From: Amphiscolops sp. MND2022
Lineage: Eukaryota
Assembly: GCA_964187785.1 (NCBI GenBank)
Contig: OZ076409.1
Location: 47,618,001-47,682,000, forward strand
Reading direction: 5' to 3'
Length of the DNA: 64,000 nucleotides
Part shown: positions 57,123-64,000 of the stretch, piece by piece
Layout: each line of letters starts with the position of its first letter
Numbering within the stretch: the first letter of the stretch is position 1
Notes under the pieces: generated by a model
Told to the model about the DNA's origin: nothing
Seen by the model: only the letters and a program-made list of their open reading frames with translations
Database searches by the model: none
Translations under genes and position numbers: made by a program

Positions 57123-59516
57123 GATCAAAAAGAGATTCATTCCGTCCAAGAATTTTTGCTATCAAGCTATAGCGCAAACAAAGAGCAACTGCCAGTGCGG
57201 AAGAATTCCACAGATATAGCGCCGACTTTAGACGTTCCCGTCTTGTTAACTATTCCCGTGTAGTGGTAATTAATCTCTACAGGATGGATAGTTTCAGAAA
57301 TTCAGTCAACTCTTTTGGCGGATTCCCAAAGCGTCGAAATTTTGCGAGCCATTCGTCGCCCCGAAATATTGAATGCTTCTGATTTGTTGAAAATTGGAAA
57401 AGGAATGAATCAAGTTCGTTGAATTTGTGTGCAACACAGCGGCGAACTAATTAAGATAACATAGTCAGCTATGTTCTCATACCCCTAGTGTCTGAAATGC
57501 AGGTGCGACGTGCTATATGGCCATGCCTCAGTGTTGCTACATTCAACAAGTATGCTATTATCTTCAAATTATAACCTGAAAATGGTCGCTATGGAATTCA
57601 TTCGACGCTTTGAATACTTTAAAAGTTTTTGATGCTCAGAATATTCTCCAACTTTTGAGGAGTCGGAAAATATTTTTGACTACATATACAGTTGTACCTT
57701 TTTCTCTCCCGACCTTTTCAAATTCCAGATTTCTCAAAAAGTGTCAAATCTATTTTTAATAAAATTATACACTGTCATTCTACACACAAATGTGCTCCTT
57801 CCTGCGTGCGCAATGGCATCAAAAACGTATGACTGGGATTTGAGAAACATAACCAAAATTAGTCTCCAAAAATGACAGAAAACGCCGTTTTCGGACGTTG
57901 ATTTTCTCAAAAACCGCATACAATTTCTAGCCATTCTACACCATATTAAATTCCTTTGTGTACAGTAGCATACTGTAATCAGTGAATACTGAAATCTTGG
58001 AAAAATATCCGAAATTTGTCCAGAAACGGACGTTTTTAAACTTTTTTGGGATTTTCTCAAAACTCTTTACGATTTGAAAGAACGTTTATGGAGTCTTTCT
58101 ACACCATATAAGGGCTTAACATGTGCAATTTCATCGAGCTAGACCAGCTAAACACCGGGTTATTTTCTGCCCTGGTAGGTTTTAGCATCATACGCTTAAA
58201 AATTGATCAGTGATGCTTCGGGCATTTTTGGCATTGTGAAAAGGTAATTTCTGAATCCTTTACCGCACACACGGCTCCAGTTTAAAACATGAAACTTTCA
58301 AGAAGTTGATAATTGAATGTTGTTGTTTTTTTTAGTCGGCGCTTTTCCAGAGAAAAGAGGGTAGTATAGTCATGGCTTTTCGTCAGTGTTTTTAGTCGGC
58401 GCCTTTTCCCTTAAGGAAACAAACCCGACTCTTACAGTGAGTAGTTTTTTTTATTTTATTTTTTTTTCAATTTTTTTCAGTTGACAATCTCACTCGGAGT
58501 GGTCCACTTTTCTTACAATTTTCATAAATTTTTGAAAATTTCTTGATAATGGCGCAAAAGTTTGCAACGTCTTTTTACATCATCTGAAAAACTCCACGGT
58601 ACCTAAGGGTACTCCCTTTGAGTACTTTTCGGCTCTGTGAATTTTTTTCGAAAAAATGTTCCCCAAAAGGTCCCCCCTTCAATTTTTTGGAGTTTTCCGA
58701 CAGAACGGATGTTGAAAAATCCTAAAGGGTCCCCCCTTTCAGTTTTTTCGGCATTGTGAGACTTTTTTTCAAAATTTTTTTTCACCAAAAGTGCCACTCC
58801 AATTTTTTTGATGATTTGCGACAGAATGGATGAAAAATCTCAAAGTGTCCCCTCGGTGTGCCAATTCGGTTCGACTTTTGGGTTTTTCCGGTACCGTATG
58901 AAAGAATACTTTGACACTTTGAAGTCCTTTTGCTGTTTTTGACCCTTAGATATGGCGCCGACTTGGGCCGTTCCCGGCTTGTTTTTCAATACACCTGAAG
59001 TGTCCAAAATAGTTCTACCAAAAGTTCTACACAATTTTAAATTGCACCGGTTGGCTCAGGGAACTGAACCAAAAAGGTTTTTTTCCGCGTAACACATTAC
59101 CGGGCGAGACTGAAGAGTCCTCCCTTTCAGCTTTTCTTCCGGCATTGTGCGACTCTTGAATTTTTTTTTCACCAAAGGGTCCCCCTTCAGTTTTTTTGAG
59201 TTTTGCGACAGAATGGATGTTGAAAATCACAAAGGGTCCCCCTTTCATTTTTTTCGGCATTGTGAGACCTTTTTTCAAAAAAAAATTCCGGTGCTGTAGA
59301 AGAGAATACTGTGACAATTTGAAGTCCTTTTGCTATTTTTGAGCCTTAGATATGGCGCCGACTTCGGCCGGTCCCGGTTTGTTAACTTTTATTTACGATT
59401 TCTTCAATTCCGTTGAATGAACTGTTCTCAGAATTCAGATGAGAGTATGGAAAATTAGTTTAGAAGAGCACGCCGGTGAGAGGTTAATTTCTTTCCCTCT
59501 ATCCCATATTATAAAA
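57123..59516 (+). repeat. 2.4-kb duplication, copy 1
   Basis: Colinear and nearly identical to 60418-62790 (scattered substitutions, homopolymer differences, one ~25-bp indel near 57805). Confidence 0.95.
58332..59383 (+). mobile_element. Nested pair of HINE-like elements (inner 58392-58983)
   Basis: Two TTAGTCGGCGC left ends and two GCGCCGACT+hairpin+TTGTT right ends. Confidence 0.7.
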
Positions 59517-59638
59517 AGTTTTTTATAAAAGGTTTTATATGAAGGAAGAAAGTCACCCTTCAGTTTTTTTGAGTTTTGCGACAATTGATGTTGAAAATCA
59601 CAAAGGGTCCCCCTTTCATTTTTTTCGGCATTGTGAGA

Positions 59639-60180
59639 CCTGACGTTTCGGCAAAACACGTTTCGGCAAAAACATGGCGGCGGATGTTTCGGCAAAAAAA
59701 TATGCCGAAACGTCTCAGGATAAAAACATTTGCCGAAACGTTTCGTATGATATGTGGGGCCTATCCGGTGTATGCACGCTCGCCCTCACCTTCGCAAAGA
59801 CCAGCTCCCACTACGATCGCTTCGCGATCTCCGTTCCCGCTAGGTCTTGCTCCTGTTCGACCTCGCTTAGCAAGATGGGAATATAAGCGGCCCCAAGGGG
59901 TCGCGGGGCACTAGAGGAAATGAGGACATATCCGAGGCAGGCTTTATGCTTTGCATCATTCCTACATTAATGGTCTTATCGTTTTTCTTCAATTCCAGAA
60001 TTCTACAAACTGGTATATATTCTTGGTTTTGATTTTGGTTTTCTACAAACTGGTTAGGTCCAGTTTGTAGAAAACCAAAAACAAAACCAAGATAATACGG
60101 GACGTTTCGGCATGAAAAATTCGCCGAAACGTCTCGAACTTTTTTTGCCGAAACGTCTTTGCCAAAACGTCCTGTTCCCG
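59639..60180. mobile_element. MITE with ACGTTTCGGCAAAA subterminal repeats and GC-rich core
   Basis: Units at 59643-59700 are inverted as TTTGCCGAAACGT at 60120-60172. Confidence 0.75.
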
Positions 60181-60417
60181 ATCAGACCAGTTACAAAATA
60201 GAAAATTCCAATTGAAACAGCATTGAGTTCCCTCCATAATTGATGTCGATCAAGGAGTTCGCTTTGTTGATTATTTCAATTTAATTTAATATTCCATGAT
60301 TTGACGCATGAACACTTTTATGAATACTGATGAAAACTTTTCATGATTATTGATTGACTTTTAGCGCGAAATACTTTGACTCATTGTTTTCTTGAAATCT
60401 TTGATATTAGTCACTTT

Positions 60418-62790
60418 GATCAAAAAGAGATTCATTCCGTCCAAGAATTTTTGCTATCAAGCTATAGCGCAAACAAAGAGCAACTGCCAGTGCGGAAGAA
60501 TTCCACAGATATAGCGCCGACTTTAGACGTTCCCGTCTTGTTAACTATTCCCGTGTAGTGGTAATTAATCACTACAGGATGGATAGTTTCAGAAATTCAG
60601 TCAACTCTTTTGGCGGATTCCCAAAGCGTCGAAATTTTGCGAGCCATTCGTCGCCCCGAAATATTGAATGCTTCTGATTTGTTGAAAATTGGAAAAGGAA
60701 TGAATCAAGTTCGTTGAATTTGTGTGCAACACAGCGGCGAACTAATTAAGATAACATAGTAAGCTATGTTCTCATACCCCTAGTGTCTGAAATGCAGGTG
60801 CGACGTGCTATATAGCCATGCCTCAGTGTTGCTACATTCAACAAGTATGCTATTATCTTCAAATTATAACCTGAAAATAGTCGCTATGGAATTCATTCGA
60901 CGCTTTGAATACTTTAAAAGTTTTTGATGCTCAGAATATTCTCCAACTTTTGAGGAGTCAGAAAATATTTTTGACTACTTATGCAATTGTACCTTTTGCT
61001 CTCCCGACCTTTTCAAATTCCAGATTTCTCAAAAAGTGTCAAATCTTATTTTAATAAAATTATACACTGTCATTCTACACACAAATGTGCTCCTTCCTGT
61101 GACTGGGATTTGAGAAACATAACCAAAATTAGTCTCCAAAAATGACAGAAAACGCCGTTTTCGGACGTTGATTTTCTCAAAAACCGCATACAATTTCTAG
61201 CCATTCTACACCATATTAAATTCCTTTGTGTACAGTAGCATACTGTAATCAGTGAATACTGAAATCTTGGAAAAATATCCGAAATTTGTCCAGAAACGGA
61301 CGTTTTTAAACTTTTTTTGGGATTTTCTCAAAACTCTTTACGATTTGAAAGAACGTTTATGGAGTCTTTCTACACCATATAAGGGCTTAACATGTGCAAT
61401 TTCATCGAGCTAGACCAGCTAAACACCGGGTTATTTTCTGCCCTGGTAGGTTTTAGCATCATACACTTAAAAATTGATCAGTGATGCTTCGGGCATTTTT
61501 GGCATTGTGAAAAGGTAATTTCTGAATCCTTTACCGCACACACGGCTCCAGTTTAAAACATGAAACTTTCAAGAAGTTGATAATTGAATGTTGTTGTTTT
61601 TTTTTAGTCGGCGCTTTTCCAGAGAAAAGAGGGTAGTATAGTCATGGCTTTTCGTCAGTGTTTTTAGTCGGCGCCTTTTCCCTTAAGGAAACAAGCCCGA
61701 CTCTTACAGTGAGTAGTTTTCTTATTTTATTTTTTTTTTCAATTTTTTTCAGTTGACAATCTCACTCGGAGTGGTCCACTTTTCTTACAATTTTCATAAA
61801 TTTTTGAAAATCTCTTGATAATGGCGCAAAAGTTTGCAACGTCTTTTTACATCATCTGAAAAACTCCACGGTACCTAAGGGTACTCCCTTTGAGTACTTT
61901 TCGGCTCTGTGAGTTTTTTTCGAAAAAATGTTCCCCAAAGGGTCCCCCCTTCAATTTTTTGGAGTTTTCCGACAGAACGGATGTTGAAAAATCCTAAAGG
62001 GTCCCCCCTTTCAGTTTTTTCGGCATTGTGAGACTTTTTTCAAAATTTTTTTTTCACCAAAAGTGCCCCTCCAATTTTTTTGATGATTTGCGACAGAATG
62101 GATGAAAAATCTCAAAGTGTCCCCTCTGGTGTGCCAATTCGGTTCGACTTTTGGGTTTTTCCGGTACCGTATAAAAGAATACTTTGACACTTTGAAGTCC
62201 TTTTGCTGTTTTTGACCCTTAGATATGGCGCCGACTTGGGCCGTTCCCGGCTTGTTTTTCAATACACCTGAAGTGTCCAAAATAGTTCTACCAAAAGTTC
62301 TACACAATTTTAAATTGCACCGGTTGGCTCAGGGAACTGAACCAAAAAGGTTTTTTTCCGCGTTACACATTACCGGGCGAGACTGAAGAGTCCTCCCTTT
62401 CAGCTTTTTTTCCGGCATTGTGCGACTCTTGAAATTTTTTTTCACCAAAGGGTCCCCCTTCAGTTTTTTTGAGTTTTGCGACAGAATGGATGTTTAAAAT
62501 CACAAAGGGTCCCCCTTTCATTTTTTTCGGCATTGTGAGACCTTTTTTCAAAAAAAAATTTCCGGTGCTGTAGAAGAGAATACTGTGACACTTTGAAGTC
62601 CTTTTGCTATTTTTGAGCCTTAGATATGGCGCCGACTTCGGCCGGTCCCGGTTTGCTAACTTTTATTTACGATTTCTTCAATTCCGTTGAATGAACTGTT
62701 CTCAGAATTCAGATGAGAGTATGGAAAATTAGTTTAGAAGAGCACGCCGGTGAGAGGTTAATTTCTTTCCCTCTATCCCATATTATAAAA
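60418..62790 (+). repeat. 2.4-kb duplication, copy 2
   Basis: See copy 1. Confidence 0.95.
61604..62657 (+). mobile_element. Duplicated copy of the nested HINE pair
   Basis: Lies within duplication copy 2; same termini. Confidence 0.7.
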
Positions 62791-63591
62791 TGCGACAAAT
62801 TAGTTGCTCCTATAATATAAAATGTATTTTGCTAGGTTAACCTCCAATCCCCCATGCCGAAGACAGTTAGTCAATATGACTCGGTTATCAGTTCCTGTTG
62901 AATCCCGTTAGATGAAATCATCGGTCAATGGTTCTTGCATATGGGAGATTTTTGGTGTAAAATTCATTGACCTAGATAGGTTTGTATGTAAATGGGTTCT
63001 AGTTTCTCTAATCGTCCCTCTACTTGAATGAAATTGTGATATATTTGTGCAATATATTGAGTAAGAACATGCACATGCATTTGTGATGATAGTGGATCAA
63101 GTATTTGAAAGCCAGTGCGTGCATAATGATCCAGAGCAAGCAAGGGGAAGTTCATTATGTGGTAGCTTACTCTGGCGCGTTAGTTGGACTGCCATAGCAG
63201 CACCAGAATTGAGGAAAGCTTCCTCCGCTGCCTTCACGTTTAAATTCTTTTTGATAAGATGTGTTACGCTGTTATAGACGCTTACGTGAAGTAGCACCTG
63301 CTTGTTTGGAGGTTTTTTCCATCTTTTTGTGTTTTTTTTTGCTTAGCAGCAAATGCAATAGCTGTATAAACATTGAAACCACTGCTACTCAGTCATTCTA
63401 AACAAAACGAATGCTATCGGTGCTGTTTAAATCCAGTTATATATTACGCAATCTTCTGTGAGTAATCCTGAAGTACAAAATGATTTCATGAACTACTATA
63501 TCACTGTTTCATTCATTTTTCGAATCAAAATCCATTGTTATTGTTGCCTCTATTCCTCAATTGATTATCACTAAATAGTTATTATAATAAA

Positions 63592-63816
63592 ATGGCCGAA
63601 GCTGTTAAAGTTATTGTTAGATGTCGACCCATGAACCAACGTGAGAAAAATTTGGGGTGCGAGGAAATAGTTTGTATGAACTCAGGTATCCAGTGTGCGC
63701 TTGTCAATCCAGATAGTCCGAATGATCCACCCAAAGATTTCACATTCGACGGTGCTTACTTTACTGACAGTACCACCGAGCAGATTTATAACGACGTCTG
63801 TTTTGACCTCGTCGAG
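63592..63816 (+). CDS. KIF17: Kinesin-2 motor (KIF17/OSM-3-like), first coding exon; gene continues beyond the window
   Basis: MAEAVKVIVRCRPMNQRE...PPKDFTFDGAYFTDSTTEQIYND...LVE, then GAG|GTAACT donor; closely resembles the KIF17 N-terminus. Confidence 0.9.
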
Positions 63817-64000
63817 GTAACTAAACAATTTAGCGTCAAATTTCATGGACTGGACATGGGTTATAAAAAGTTCGAAATATGGAAATGATTATTAGTGTTG
63901 AATTACCACACTAGATACTTGTAAGGGCCAATGAGACATATATTGTCAATAATCCGTCCAACTAAGGTTTTACGAATTTTTTTCCTAATGTATTATCGCT

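Noticed and set aside
62964..63297. Minus-strand gene head-to-head with the kinesin
   Set aside because: Two short ORFs in different frames with no coherent splice model; may be a decayed LINE 3' end, which I could not confirm.

Overview
AT-rich animal (probably invertebrate) nuclear DNA, mostly nested transposons and their debris. Two host genes are supported: a complete four-exon DEG/ENaC (ASIC-like) channel gene (12217-15813, +, about 490 aa) and the first coding exon of a KIF17/OSM-3-type kinesin-2 (63592-63816, +). Mobile content includes a degenerate Mag-type Gypsy element (873-6103) nested beside the PPT of another LTR element, a very young full-length Mag-type Gypsy element with identical LTRs and a TSD (47263-53399, -), an old Gypsy pol, a BEL/Pao fragment, a CR1/L2-type LINE, a CRE-type LINE split by a 12-kb nested insertion, Helentron-associated (HINE/DINE-1-like) elements, many MITEs, 59-, 84- and ~104-bp tandem arrays, and a recent 2.4-kb duplication. 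The most interesting signal is in the channel gene: introns 1 and 3 appear to use non-canonical GA-AG boundaries, and both have reverse-complementary sequence at their two ends, which the canonical intron 2 lacks. All coordinates and comparisons were made by eye; no database searches were run.
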